From positions 1,550,001-1,614,000 of the forward strand of contig CDPCPM010000019.1 in the NCBI GenBank assembly GCA_976551045.1: a DNA stretch of 64,000 bases, in the 5' to 3' direction. Made by a program: the position numbers and the translations under genes. The notes under the pieces were generated by a model that saw only the letters and a program-made list of their open reading frames with translations, was not told the DNA's origin and searched no databases. The stretch is from Glaucostegus cemiculus. Lineage: Eukaryota. Positions within the stretch are counted from its first letter, which is position 1; the number at the start of each line of letters is the position of its first letter. This document shows positions 1 through 12,696 of this stretch, in pieces.

Positions 1-89
1 AGACAAACTACAAATCAAACAAATTAATGATGTGTTCCAACAACCGGATTCCACATGTTATGTCTCATAAATATAGGATCATCTACTTC

Positions 90-1270
90 CAGGTGGCAGT
101 CATGAGTCACAGGAACAGGCCCTTTGGTCCACCATGTCCATGCAGACCAGAGTACCCTTCTATATTAATCTCATTTTCCAGTACTTAGCCAAGAGTCTTC
201 AACACCTTGGTGATTCAAGCACTCATCCAGATATTACTTAAATGTTTCTTATTACTTATCCTAATACTCTCAAATTTTGTATATTTCAAATCAGTATATT
301 ACTTCATCCTCCTCCACTCCAAAAGGAAACAAGCCTAGCCTATCCAGCCACTGCTCATAACTGAAATGCTCCATCCCAGACAACATCCTGGGGAACCTCC
401 TGTGCACTCCCTCTAGTGCAATAACAGCCTTCCTATAATGCTGGGACCAGAACTGCACATAATATTCCAGCTGTGTACAAACCAAAAATTCATGAAGTTG
501 TACCATAACTTCCTTATGTCCCAGCTACTGAAGACAAACATTCCAAATGTTGTCTTCATTGCCTTAGTTACCTATGTTGCCCCATTCAGGGATCCTTGCG
601 CATGTACACCAAGGACTTTCTGTTCCTCAACAATTTCTAAAGCACATGAAGCATTCTAAAGCATTGGATATGTCCTAGCCTTATTAGTCCTCATAAAATG
701 CCGCATCTCACACTTATCAGGATTTAATTCCATCTATCATTTGTCTGCCTCTCTTATCCACTCATCAATATCAAACTGTAGCCTAACACTACTCTTCTCT
801 CTACCAACACCACCAGCTTTTATGTCATCTTCAAACCTACTAATCAAATCCCCTATATTCATATTCACATCTATGTATGATGAATAGCAGGGGTCCCAGC
901 ATCAATCTCTGAGTTGCACCACTGATCTCACACTTCTAACCACAGAAACAACAATCCACCATTATCTTTTGCCACCTATCACCAGCAAAGATTTAAAGAT
1001 CAGTCAGGATATCACCAATCTCCTCCCCTGCCTACCATAACAGCCTGGGATAGACCTCAGCAGGCCCCAGCAATTTATTCATCTTTAAGCCCACTAAGAC
1101 ACATAATACGCCTTTCTTTTTAAAGGTAACCTGTTCTAGAATTTCACTGACCCATTCCCTGAATTCTCCAACTACAAAATCATTCTCCTTGGTGAATACA
1201 GATGAGAAGTATTCAGTTAAGACTGCATCAATGTTCTCTGGCTCCAAGTACAGTTTGCCCCTTTGGTCCC
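90..1270 (-). mobile_element. CR1-clade LINE (HER1-like), decayed ORF2 3' portion
   Basis: ORF fragments LEYYVQFWSQHY..ALEGVHRRFPRMLSGM and EYFSSVFTKE..GPAEVYPRLL; CR1-type 3' tail near 110-130. Confidence 0.85.
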
Positions 1271-1299
1271 TTATGGATACTAATCACCTTGCTGTTAAT

Positions 1300-1730
1300 A
1301 TACTTATGAGCTCTGGTGTCATGCATGTTCCAAACAAGCACAATATTGGGCTTGGGTTACAGATCGGTTAACAAAACAGGGAATAGAAACAATCAGGTCA
1401 TTTTCAGACTGGGAAATTATGAGTAGTGGGGTACCACAGGGATTGGTACTGGGGTACCAAGCTGTTCACAATCTTTGTGAAGATACAAAGCTAGGTGGTA
1501 GTGTAGGTTGCAAGAGAATGCAGAGAGATTTCAAGGAGATATAGATGAAATGAATAGTTAAGGATACAGCAAGAAGAATATTGGAAACTGGGAGGACTTA
1601 CAATTTGGTAGAATGGAAAAGTGCAGCAAGCATTTTTTAAAAAACTGTAAGTGATTAAAGGTTGTTGGTATTCAGAGAGACCAAGATGTTCTAACACATG
1701 AAGCACTGAAAGGAGGCATACAGGAGATAG
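1300..1730 (+). mobile_element. Highly decayed CR1 RT fragment
   Basis: agtggggtaccacagggattggtactgggg (SGVPQG.VLG) and gatacaaagctaggtgg (DTKLGG). Confidence 0.6.
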
Positions 1731-2490
1731 GTCGGCTGGTTGAGTGGTGTCACAACAACAACCTCGCACTCAACATCAGCAAGACCAAAGAATCTATTGT
1801 GGACCTCAAGATGGGGAAGTCAGGAGAACACACAGTCTTCATTGAGGGGTCAGTGGTGGAAAGGGTGAGCAGCTTCAAGTTCCTGGGCATCAACATTTCA
1901 GGGGATCCATCTTGAACCCAACACATTGATGCAATCGTGAAGAAGGTATGCCAGTGGCTCTACTTCGTTAGGAGTTTGAGGAGATTTCATACATCACCAA
2001 AGTCTCTTGCAAATTTTTTTTTTTTACAGATGCATGGCAGAGAACATTCTGACTGTTTGCATCACTGCCTGGTATAGAGTATCCAATGTGAGGGATCAAA
2101 AGAGGCTGCAGAGGGTTGTCGACTCTGCCAGCTCCATCAAGGCACAACCCTCCCCACCAGAGGATATCTTCAAGAGGCAGTGCCTAAAGGTGGCAGCATC
2201 CATCATTCATGACCTCACCACCCGGGACATGCTCTCTTCAGGTTATTACCATCAGAGAGGAGGTACAGGAGCCTGAAGACCCACAGCCAACATTTCAGGA
2301 GCAGTTCTTTCCCTTCTGCCATCAGATTTCTGAATGGTCCATGAACATTACCTCATCATTCCTCTTTTGCACTATTTATTTTTGTAACTTACAGCAATTT
2401 TCATGTTTATGTCTTGCACTGTATTGTTACCACAAAACAACAAATTTCATGACATATGTCAGTGATAATAAACTTGGTTCTGATTCAAAC
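1730..2490 (+). mobile_element. Rex1/Babar LINE 3' fragment
   Basis: WCHNNNLALNISKTKE-like DNA, ENILTVCITAWY...KRLQRVV, and a 3' tail ending gataataaacttggttctgattc. Confidence 0.85.
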
Positions 2491-2504
2491 TCCTTGCACC
2501 CTGG

Positions 2505-3135
2505 AAACACAAAGGACTGCAGATGCTGAAATCTGGAGCAACATAGAAAAGACACTGGAGGAACTCCACAGATCAGGCAGCATCCACGGAGGCAAATGAA
2601 CAGATGACATTTTGGACTGAGACCCTTCATCTGGACTGGAAGGATGAGATGGCCAGTATAAAAAGGTGGAGGGAAGGAGTGGGGCAAGAACAAGCTGTCC
2701 CTTTTTTCCCCTTTTTCCTCATCTCCTGATCCAACTGGCCCCCATCACCCCATGTCTTTCCCCTCCCCTACCCTCTCCATCTGTCCATTGCCCACACACT
2801 CCTCCCACCAGTTCCCCTCCCCACCTTCCTGCCTTTATTCCATGATCCATCATCCCCTCCTATCATCTTCATAACTTTGTCACTTCCACCGATCACCTCT
2901 CAGCTTCTGACATCATTCCTGTCCTCATCTGCCTATCACCCCCTCCCCAACCTAGATTCACGCATCACCTGCTAGTTCTTTCTCCACCCCTTCCCTCCAG
3001 CTTTTTATAGTGGTCATCTCCCCCTTTCTTCCAGTCCAGATGAAGGGTCTCAACCAGGAATGTCAACTGTCCATTTCCCTTCACAGATGCTTCCTAACCC
3101 ACCATATTCCTCCAGCACCTTTTGTGGTACTCCTT
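2505..3135. mobile_element. Two Penelope-type pseudo-LTRs in inverted orientation, with decayed hammerhead motifs
   Basis: About 2550-2690 (..gagacccttcatctggactgga..tataaaaaggtggagggaagg) is the reverse complement of about 2975-3135 (ccttccctccagctttttata..tccagtccagatgaagggtctc..). Confidence 0.75.
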
Positions 3136-3287
3136 GGATCTTGTTCTCAACTAGAACTCCTTCAACATCTTGATAGATGGATTACTTCTGAAGCAACAAA
3201 GATATTCCTCAACTCACTCTCATTTCCCTGAATAAAAGTAGGTCTTCTAGATTTTCCTTTTGTTCTTGCTGCCTCAAATAATGGATC

Positions 3288-4415
3288 TCAAATAACGACA
3301 AGATGGAGCACAGGAAGGAGATAGAGAGCCTAGTGGCTTGGTGTCAAGACAACCTTTCCCTCAACGTCAGCAAAGCAGAAGAGCTGGTCATTGACTTCAG
3401 GAATCGGGTCGGAGGTTTTCAGGTTTCTCGGTGTACACATCACATAGTTTTGTCCTGGGTCAAACCATGATGCTATGGCTAAGAAAGCACACCAGCCCTT
3501 CTACTTCCTCAAAAAGCTTAGGAAATTTGGACTATCCCCTTTGACTCTGACCAATTTTTATAGATGCAACATTGAAAGCATCCTATCCAGATACATCATA
3601 GCTTGGTATGGCAACTGCTCTGCCCAAAATGGCAAGAAATTACAGAGTTGTAGGCACAGCTCAGTCTATCAAAGGCCAGCTACCCCTCCATGAACTCTGT
3701 CTACACTTGTTGCTGCCTTGGAAAAGCAAAGCAATCAGCATAATCAAAGACCCCTCCTACCCCGGACATTCTCTCTTCTCCCCCTTCCATTAGACAGAAT
3801 ATAGAAAAGTTTGAAAACGCACACCACCAGGCTCAAGCTCAGCTTCTATCCTGCTGCTATAAGACTCCTGAGCAGACCTCTTGTACGATAAAGATGAATT
3901 CTTGCCTTCATAATCTACCTCATCATGGCCCTTGCAACCTTATTGTCTACCTACACACTCTAATTGTAATTGGTATATTATTGTCACTTGTACCGAGATG
4001 CAGTGGAAAAACTTGTCTTGTATACCAATCATACAGGTCAATTCATTACATAGTGCAGTTACATTGAGTTAGTACAGAGTGCATTGATATAGTACAAGTA
4101 AAAACAATAAGAGTGCAGAGTAAAGTGCCACAGCTACAGAGCGAGTGCAGTGCAATAAGGAGCAAGATCACAATAAGGTAAATGGTGAGGTCGGAGTCCA
4201 TCTCATGATATAAGGGAACCGTTCAGTAGACTTATCACAGTGAAGTAGAAGCTGTCCTTAAGTTTGGTGGAACTATATTCTGCATTCTCTTATTGCTTTT
4301 CCTTGTGCCACCTCAAAGTAATTATGTTTTGAAATGATCTATATGGATGCCTTGCAAAACTAAGTTGTTTTTCCCCACTGTCTCTTGGTACATGTGACAA
4401 TAATAAACCAATACC
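3288..4415 (+). mobile_element. Rex1/Babar LINE 3' fragment, interrupted in its 3' UTR
   Basis: AKKAHQ..YFLKKLRKFGLSP.TLTNFYRC.IESILS..I.AWYGNCS; the tail catgtgacaataataaaccaat ends near 4412. Confidence 0.85.
3969..4270 (-). mobile_element. Rex1-type 3' end inserted in reverse inside the preceding Rex1 copy
   Basis: Begins attggtatattattgtcacttgtaccgag, the reverse complement of the Rex1 tail; the host UTR resumes at aactatattctgcattct (4271). Confidence 0.75.
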
Positions 4416-5334
4416 TTTCCAGAGAGCAATACATCATCTTGTAAGGCTGTGCACCAGGGCAACTTTGGATCAGTTTATCCATCAGCCTTTTGAAAATACT
4501 TGGAACTGATGCTATTCCAAATGGAAGTCTATTGTATTGGGACTGTACTACACAAGTACCTATCATTGAGTACTGCTTTGAATCTTTGCCTAACTCATTC
4601 AATTGCTATTCATGCAACATGTCATGGCTTGTTTGCCTACTAGCTGAGCTAACAAATCACCAGAGGTAAGGGGTACACGTCTACCTTTGCTTCTCTGTTA
4701 AAGATAATTTTTCAGTCTCCACAGACCCTGATAGCAAAGTGAGATGGCAGTACAAGAACAAATGGAGTAGCCCAGTCAGAAAGCTCAATTAATTCCAGCA
4801 GTTGTTTCCCTGCATACTGTGATATCGGACATGCTTTGAAGAACCAATGTGTTCCAATTGGGCTAATTTTGGCTTTCATAGTTTGAATGCTTCCAAGTTC
4901 ATAACAAAATACCTCAGGACTCATCACATACTACTAATACAGACAGTTCTTTCATGCTCTTAATCGCTTCATCTAGTTTTATTATCAACAGCCAGTTCCT
5001 ACCTATCAATTTTGATCCTTGCCCTGGAACAACTATAAGGCTTTATATATTCCTATAACTTAGATTTTATAGCTACACTAGGGGAAGGTGATGGAAAATT
5101 CCTTGAATTTCATTGCACCATTTGGCTAATGTCATTTAAATCTATGCCCATACTCCAACAACAATATCAATTTCCAATAATACATCATACATTGATGTCA
5201 GGAAAGGTTCAGTAGAATTCTGACAATGTGAACAGTCTATATGATCCACTCAGGTCACCATCACCTTCACCTAAGCTCCCATATACAAATACCCTTTACT
5301 TTTCTTCCCAGCAGGCTTAACATTACTTGATTGT

Positions 5335-5655
5335 GCCTTGATTACCAGCACCTCTTTCCCAGAGCACAGATGCTCAAGACGAGAGGGCATGGCTTTAAGA
5401 TATTGGGTGGAACGTTCAGGGGAGATGTCAGAGGGAAGTTTTTCACCCAGAGAGTGGTTGGCACATGGAATGTGCTGCCTAGGGTGGTGGTAGAGGCAGA
5501 TACGTTGGACAGGTTTCAAGAGATTGTTAGATAGGCACATGGAAGAATGTGGAATAGTGGGATATGTGGGAGGAAAGAGTTAGATTGTGTGACATTTGAA
5601 GGACGGCACAACTTGGTGGACTGATGGGCCTGTTTTGCACTGTGTTGTTCTATGG
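5335..5655 (+). mobile_element. CR1 3' end nested in the Gypsy remnant
   Basis: TRGHGFKILGG.FRGDVRGKFFTQRVVGTWNVLP..VVEA, then tail gggcctgttttgcactgtgttgttctatg. Confidence 0.85.
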
Positions 5656-6149
5656 TTGATTGCCTGCTTTTGTTTTCAACCACACTTTTGACAGAGGTCC
5701 CTGAACACCTCAATAGTTGCAAACAGACTCTGTATCTGCACTTATTAGCCTAATGCTACAATGGTAACAATTCCCCATCAAGTTTTTCTAACCTTTTCAA
5801 GAAGTTACTATATAGCTAGACACCAAATTGTGAACATGGTCTTTGCTGGGTGATACTGCAAATCCACTACTTGCTTGAGAACTGCCTCCATTGTCTTGTT
5901 AACACTAAAATCAGTCTGTAAATCAATTTCTTCTCACTGTGTAGTGAGAGAGTAGTGAAAGTCATGGATTCCACACACTATGCGATTCCACAACATTACC
6001 AAACTTGCACAATACTTGCAGTGTTCAGCAGTCCATCTCAAATCTGCAGGCTTAATCTGGATGCTGATTCAGACTTTGGACCTGTAAGTTTTAATGAGGA
6101 CTGTGGATGGGTTCTCATGTTGTTCAACTAGTTTAATCAACTCGCTAAG

Positions 6150-6420
6150 AATCAGAGTCATACAGCATTGAAACAGGCCTTTTGGTCCATCGAGTGCACG
6201 CCTACCATCAAACACCCATTTACACTAATCCTTTCTATTCTCTTCATATTCTCAACTCCACCGAGAACTTACTACTTACCTAACATTTGGGACAATTTAC
6301 AATAGCCAATTAACCTACCAGCCTGCATATCTTTGGAAACCAAAGCACCCAGAAGCCTACACAGGGTGAGTGTGTACAAGGGTATCACTGGTGGTTAGGA
6401 CTGAACATGGTCGCTGGACG
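6150..6420 (-). mobile_element. tRNA-derived V-SINE (HE1-like) with CR1-type tail, decayed
   Basis: gaaacaggcctttggtcc tail and caatttacaatagccaattaacctacc body shared with other copies in the window. Confidence 0.65.
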
Positions 6421-6678
6421 TCTGAGGAAGTTGTTATACTAGCTGTACTAACCTCTTGATATCTTCTGTATGGATGGAAGCAAGATTTTTTTAAAAAAAT
6501 TGGTGGCCTAGCACATACAAGAGCAAAATGATAAGATTTCAGAAGCAAATAAGTTATTTGCAACAGAAAACTTTTGGATCCTTTCTAAATGTTCAATCCA
6601 TTACTGGAATGAACTCTGAAAGCATCTGAAGTATCAAATGTGGTCATTATGACTTGACTGTACAATAACACAATGTGA

Positions 6679-7595
6679 GACGATACAAAGTTGGGTGGTA
6701 GTGTGACAAGTGTAGAGGAAGTAAGGAAAATTCAAAGTGACTTGGATAGGTTGGGTGAATGGGCGGAAACTTGGCAGATGAAGTTTAATGTGGAAAAGTG
6801 TGAGGTTATTCACTTTGGGAACAGGAACGGGAAGGCGAATTATTTTCTGAATGGTGTGGAGCTTGGCAAGGGGGGAAAACAAAGGGATTTAGGAGTATGT
6901 GTGCATCATTCACTGAAAGTGAATGAGCAAGTACAGCAGGCAGTAGCGAAGGCAAATGGAATGTTGGCCTGTATTACAAGGGGAATTGAGTACAAAAGCA
7001 AAGAGATTCTTCAGCATTTGTACAGGGCCCTGGTGAGACCACTGCTGGAGTATTGTGTACAGTTTTGGTCTCTGGGATTAAGGAAGGATATCCTGGCTAT
7101 AGAGGGTGTGCAGCGTAGGTTCACAAGGTTAATTCCAGGGATGTCAGGACTGACTTATGCTGAGAGGTTGGAGAGACTGGGTTTGTACACGCTAGAATTG
7201 AGAAGATTAAGAGGGGATCTGATTGAGACTTATAGGATTATTAAAGGTTTGGACAGGATAGAGGTAGGAAATATGTTCCAGATGTTGGGGAAATCCAGGA
7301 CCAGAGGGCATGAGCTTAGAATTAAGGGTATGCCATTTAGGACAGAAGTGAGGAGAAACTTCTTCTCACAAAGGGTGGTAAATCTGTGGAATGCACTGCC
7401 TCAGAGGGCAGTGGAGGCCAATACACTGGGCACTTTCAAGGAAGAGTTAGATAGGTTTCCTATAGATAGGGGAATCAGGGGATATGGGGACAAGGCAGGA
7501 ACAGGTTATTGAGGGTAGATGATCAGCCATGATCTCAAAATGGCGGAGCAGACTCGAAGGGCCGAAAGGTCTACTTCTGCTCCTATTGTCTATTG
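6679..7595 (+). mobile_element. Young 5'-truncated CR1 LINE; uninterrupted ORF2 C-terminus (6679-7512) plus 3' UTR
   Basis: Open frame from DDTKLGG through WQMKFNVEKCEVIHFG, LEYCVQFWS and RTRGH to the stop at 7512; tail ctattgtctattg. Confidence 0.95.
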
Positions 7596-7899
7596 ATACA
7601 AACACAGTAGACTAAGTCAATGAAATTCAACTCACTGAAAACCAACTCAGTCTCAGTAAACTCATGACCCATCTAGCTCACACTTGCTGGTCTCTCAACC
7701 CCACTTAGGTCCTGTACGGCTTCCCATCACATTAGTTCTAGTAAAGGCTACTAAAGAACTAATCTGTGTTCGGAGGGATGGAATGTTAATTTTGCAGGAT
7801 GCCAATTACCACCAATTAGTGTCTTTGTCCATTAACCCAATTTCCCTTCACTGTTGTTAAATGTCTGAATGTTCCTGTAAGATACAAAATAAATCTCCA

Positions 7900-9800
7900 T
7901 TAAAACATACAAAATGATAGAAGTTAGTGTTCAAACTGCATGTCTTTATAATGTTTCCTGTGCTTCAATGGCAATTCTGATAAATATCCAGATTGTCCCG
8001 CTGCACAAAAGAAAACATTAAGTTTGACCTGAAGTTTAAAATTGACCACAGCTCAGAACTGCACAGAATTTGACATACTTAACTTTGACTGAACTGAAAT
8101 AAATGCTTGAGAAATTATCGTATAAGAGGATACCCAAGAATTTCATAACCAGATATAAAGGCATTCCATTATCTAGAGTAATGGAAATTTGAAGGTTCAA
8201 AATTCATATTTCCCCTATTGCAATACTGTGACATACTGAGGATCTATTAGAGCATGAGGATAAAATAAAAGCTAAAGTATAAGCTTTTCTTTTGCCTAAG
8301 ATGCAATATATTGTGTTTTGATGAAATGGGCTGTTTCAAAAATACTATCTGGCATTAAATATTACATTGTGGGGATCCAAATTGAAGTGACATATGCTGA
8401 TTTATCTTAAAAAAGTTATTAGCCATTATCTCACCTACATGAAAAGGCTCTTGTATGAATACCATGCACAACAGTGATGACATGCAATCAGCAGGTATTC
8501 ATTTCCTCAGCCAATATCAAACAAAACAGTCCAAATGTCACTGACTAATTGAAGCATGCAACTTTACATTGATGTCAGCCTTCACTTCTCTGCTAGAAGT
8601 CAGGTTATGACTCAGTTTAGAATAACGTGCATTTGTTTTTTTTGTTAACAGCACTAAATAGTGATTCAGTGCATTTTAAGGAAGCACAATTGGACTAAAA
8701 TAACCTTTGAACCATGTATTACGAGATGACAAATAGCAAAGGTGTAGATTCAGAGCAATGCTGAAGTAATGGATAATTTTTAGAGTATTGTACAAGTGCT
8801 CTAGCTATCCATCTTGCACCACAATGATTGATATTTAGAAATACATTTAGCCCCACTATATTGTTCTTTTCAGCAGCATCCAAAATCTTCTCATATTCAT
8901 CCACTATTACATGTAAAAGAAGAATCTGACTGGCTTCTCACATTTACATCCTCTGGTTCAGAGCATGTCTGTAGTGAACTATTTGCCCATATCAAATTTG
9001 TCAATCTCTTTCATTACCAATTAGTCCATCTTAATGCCTTTCATTTTCCACTGAAAACATGTTTAGCCTTTTCAACCTTTCTTCACAACTTGCAGAATAC
9101 ACTTTCTCCAACTTTGTACCTTTTCAGACATTACCATGAATTTATTAGATAAGATTAGCAAACAATGGATTGGGTATGGCTTTACTTGTGCAGCAAAATT
9201 ACAACCTTGTTAAATTTACTCTCATCTCCTTGATAATCCAGTATCCTTAGCCCGCTTCTTCCCTCCCCAGAAACCAAGCAGTGTGATATTACTTATTAAT
9301 CCACTCCAACCACTATACTTTTGGATGATCAGCTTGTAATAGCATTGTCTGGTTTAATTTTTCTCACCGATTTTGTTGCCATGCTGATAATTTTACTTCT
9401 ATTTACATCTGATTATTCTATTTCTCTATAGAATGGCTGGCATTTGCCATTTTCAGTCCATTTATCTAAAAAGTTACCCATTTCTGAATTCAGTTATATG
9501 TTCCTTCATTATTTGCTCCAATACTAGTATTTAAAAAGGACGATTAGACTTCGGTGCTCATGTACCCACCTTCCATCAAAATGTAGGTTTTATTTTTTGC
9601 TGCACAGTTACCCAAATCTGTGATATGTCCAACTAACAAATAGCCCCAAATACCTGAGAGCTGAATAAAGGTTGAAGTTATGATGATACTTTGCTTTGGT
9701 TCAGTGCATCATTATTCCCTTTTCCATAGCCCTTTGACATAATCGAAAAGTGTACAGAAAAATCTAAGTGCACAAAATCAACTACAGTTTCCATGCTGTT
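7900..9800 (-). mobile_element. Possible ancient hAT-type transposase fossil
   Basis: Scattered motif echoes in plausible order on the minus strand: ILMEG (about 9575), CGARW (about 8815), FEPSNF (about 8190), IWIFIRIA / LP.ST (about 7970). Many stops and frameshifts. Confidence 0.3.
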
Positions 9801-10739
9801 AGATAATTAGATTCATGTGTGATCATCTGTTGCTCTCTGAAACAGACACACCAGACACATATTTAACCACTCATCTCTAGCAGTTGTCAAAGAGGAGGAA
9901 AAGAAAACAGTCACAGCAGGTCATATACCTCAAACATATGTGACTTTGCAGCTCGTCTGCTGGATGTGAACAGTGATGGTTTCCTCAGTGCAAATGTCAT
10001 GTGCCTGATATTTGACCACTCGTCTATACAGGATATCGTGATCTAAGATGCGTCTTCCTTTCATTTTTGTCTAATGCACACAGTTCTCAGTTTGCCATTT
10101 TCCCTTTATGTAGATGGATTACAGCTTACATAAATAAAATGCAGTCAATTTACATTGTTTACTTTATTGTGGCTTTTGTAGTTTTAATGAATTACATCAG
10201 TGGAAATGTAATAAAGTTTAAAAGTACATGTTTAGGTCACATCCATCTGGCCATAGAGCAGAAGACTTAACAGGCCATACAGTGACTCTGGTTATAGTTG
10301 ACTATTCGGAACATTGTTATTTTACCGGGTGTATCCTTCAAATAGGATTAATGGCACACAGCAGCTTTGTATAAAGAAAGCATTAGGCAACAAAAGCACC
10401 AGAACTGTTTAGAAAAAAGACAGCACCAACAACTACAGAGTTTACAGAAGGCAGAGCACGTTTTATTCAATGCTAGTTTAAAACCCCTGATGTAAAATTA
10501 AATATGAATATTGCTTTATTAAATGAGATATTTTAATCTGCACATTCCAAACATAATATAAATCTTCATTGAAGGTGCTGGGTTAAGCATAAAGATGCAG
10601 CATGATTAAGACCTCACTTGTTGGTGCCATGTTAAGGTTTTAAAAATTGGAATAAAGAAAGTTCTTTGTGTGAAATAAATTTCCTAGTTCTGACTTTGAA
10701 AACATTAAATTGAAATAAGAGAAATGGAGAGGCTTGTCA

Positions 10740-12026
10740 TGGCATACATTAACTGTAGCCTCCCAGAACATCTCAACCCACTGCAATTCACCTACTGCTG
10801 AACCAGGTCCATGGCAAACACCATCTCCCTGGCCCTACCCACATCGCTGGAGCGTCTGGGCAGTAAAGCCACCCACATTAGACTATTGTTTATTGACCAC
10901 AGCTCCACCTTTAATACTTTAATTCCAAGCAAACTCATCACTAAACTCCGAGACCTGGGACCCAACACCTCCCTTTGCAACTGCATCCTTGCCTTTCTGA
11001 CCAACAGACCACATTCAGTGAGGAAAGGCAGCAACACCTCAAGCATGATTATTCTCAACACCGATGCCCCTGCATTCTCAGTCCCTGACTCTACTCCCTA
11101 TACACTCATAGTTGCGTGGCCAGATTCTGCTCTAACTCCATCTACAAGTTTACAGATGATACCACCGTACTGGGCCACATCTCAAATAACAATGAGACAG
11201 AGTACAGGAAGGAGATAGAGAACTGAGTGACATGGTGTCATGATGACAACCTTTCCCTCAATATCAGCAAAACAAAAGAGCTGGTCATTGACTTCAGGAA
11301 GGGGGGCAGTGCGTATGCTCCTGTTTACATTAATGGTGCTGAAGTCAAGAGGGTTTGGAGCTTTAAGTTCCTAGGAATGAACATCGCCAGTAGTCTGTCT
11401 TGATAACCAAGAAAGCTCACCGGTGCCTCTACTTCAAGGCTAAAGAAATTAGGTATGTCCCTGTCAACCCACCCCAATTTTTTAATCAATGCACCATAGA
11501 AGCATCCTGAGTGCATCATGGCTTGGTATAACAACTACTCTGCCCCTGACAGCAAGAAACTGCAGGGAGTTGTGGACACAGCACAGCACATCACGGAAAC
11601 CAGCCTCCTCCCTCCATGGACTCCATCTATACTTCTCACTACCTCAGTAAAGCAGCCAGCATAATTACAGAACCCACCCACCCCAGACATTCTCTCTTTG
11701 CCCCTCTCCCATCCAGCAGAAGACACGAAATTCTGAAAGCACGTACCACCAGGTTCAAGGACAGCTTCTACTCCACTGTTATAAGGCCCTTGAACTGTTC
11801 CCTCGTGAAATAAGATGGACTCTTGACCTCACAATCTACCTCATTATGACCTCACATCTTATTATCTACCTGCATTGCAGTCTCTGTAGCTGTTAAAATT
11901 CATTCTGCATTCTATTATTGTGTTAGCTTGATGTACTGTCTAATAAATTGATCTGGATGAACTTTCTGCAAGTCAAGTTTTTCCCCACTGTAGCTCGACA
12001 CATGGGACAATAATAAACCAATTCCA
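10740..12026 (+). mobile_element. Rex1/Babar LINE, RT domain to 3' end
   Basis: IRLLFIDHSSTFNTLIPSKLITKLRDLG.NTSLCNCILAFLTNRPHSVR; aagtttacagatgatacc (KF.DDT); Rex1 tail. Confidence 0.9.
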
Positions 12027-12468
12027 ACTGATGTTGTACATGTGCTTGTATATGTGCATAGGTGTACACAGAAACACACATGAATCACAAAATCAGAGTA
12101 CAAGGGGAGAAAGCAGTGTTTCAGTAATACACAGATACTTAATTGAAGCTCACATTTCATTGTAGATTGAGGAAATGCTGTGATGTGTTTATAGCAATAA
12201 TGTTCTTTTAAGATTTACCTCGAGCTCTTAAACTGCTGGAAACTAAGGAACGCTGTACTTCTAATTCCACAGGATGTGCATGAAGTGATGATTACAGAAA
12301 AGCTATTGAAATGTCAGAAAATGCCATACAAATAATGCAAAACAGATTTTTAAAAGTTTCAAATATCATGTTTTTGCTCTGAACAATTTCTCCAAACTCA
12401 TCATTTTCTGCATTCACCAAATTTCTGAACTTTTGCTTTAAATTTGAATGGAAATTTAATCTATAACC

Positions 12469-12696
12469 TGTTCAGTACCTTAGGCTGATCAAGATGGCAC
12501 GGGGCCCTCCTTCTTCTTCATCATCCTCGGGCTAGGAAGGCCCGCGCGCGTGCAGGTCAGGTGACTTGCACGTGACCTGTAGCTCGGGAAGCCTTCAAGT
12601 ATTAAAAGGGGCACTGTGCCCTGGTCATTCATTTGACTTCTGACTTCAAACTACCAACTCTGTCTTCATTTCGTAATAGTGTAGCTAGCCGCTACA
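12469..12696 (+). mobile_element. Probable solo LTR, CpG-rich
   Basis: About 230 bp, TG...CA ends (tgttcag ... tagctagccgctaca), TATA-like attaaaagg, CpG run cccgcgcgcg, E-box cacgtg. No clear TSD. Confidence 0.55.

Larger units (their letters stand above)
4416..6640 (-). mobile_element. Decayed Ty3/Gypsy LTR retrotransposon internal region (gag-PR-RT)
   Basis: RT motifs SDWATPFV.V...IRVCGD and QYNRLPFGIASVPSIFKRLMDKL; gag-like ELIKLVEQHENP and LRWTAEHCKY near 6010-6150. Interrupted by CR1 and SINE insertions. Confidence 0.8.

Noticed and set aside
9930-10064. 44-aa minus-strand ORF (MKGRRILDHDILYRRVVKYQ...) with several CpGs and a nearby GT
   Set aside because: No recognisable homology, no polypyrimidine tract and a weak donor; not supportable as an exon.
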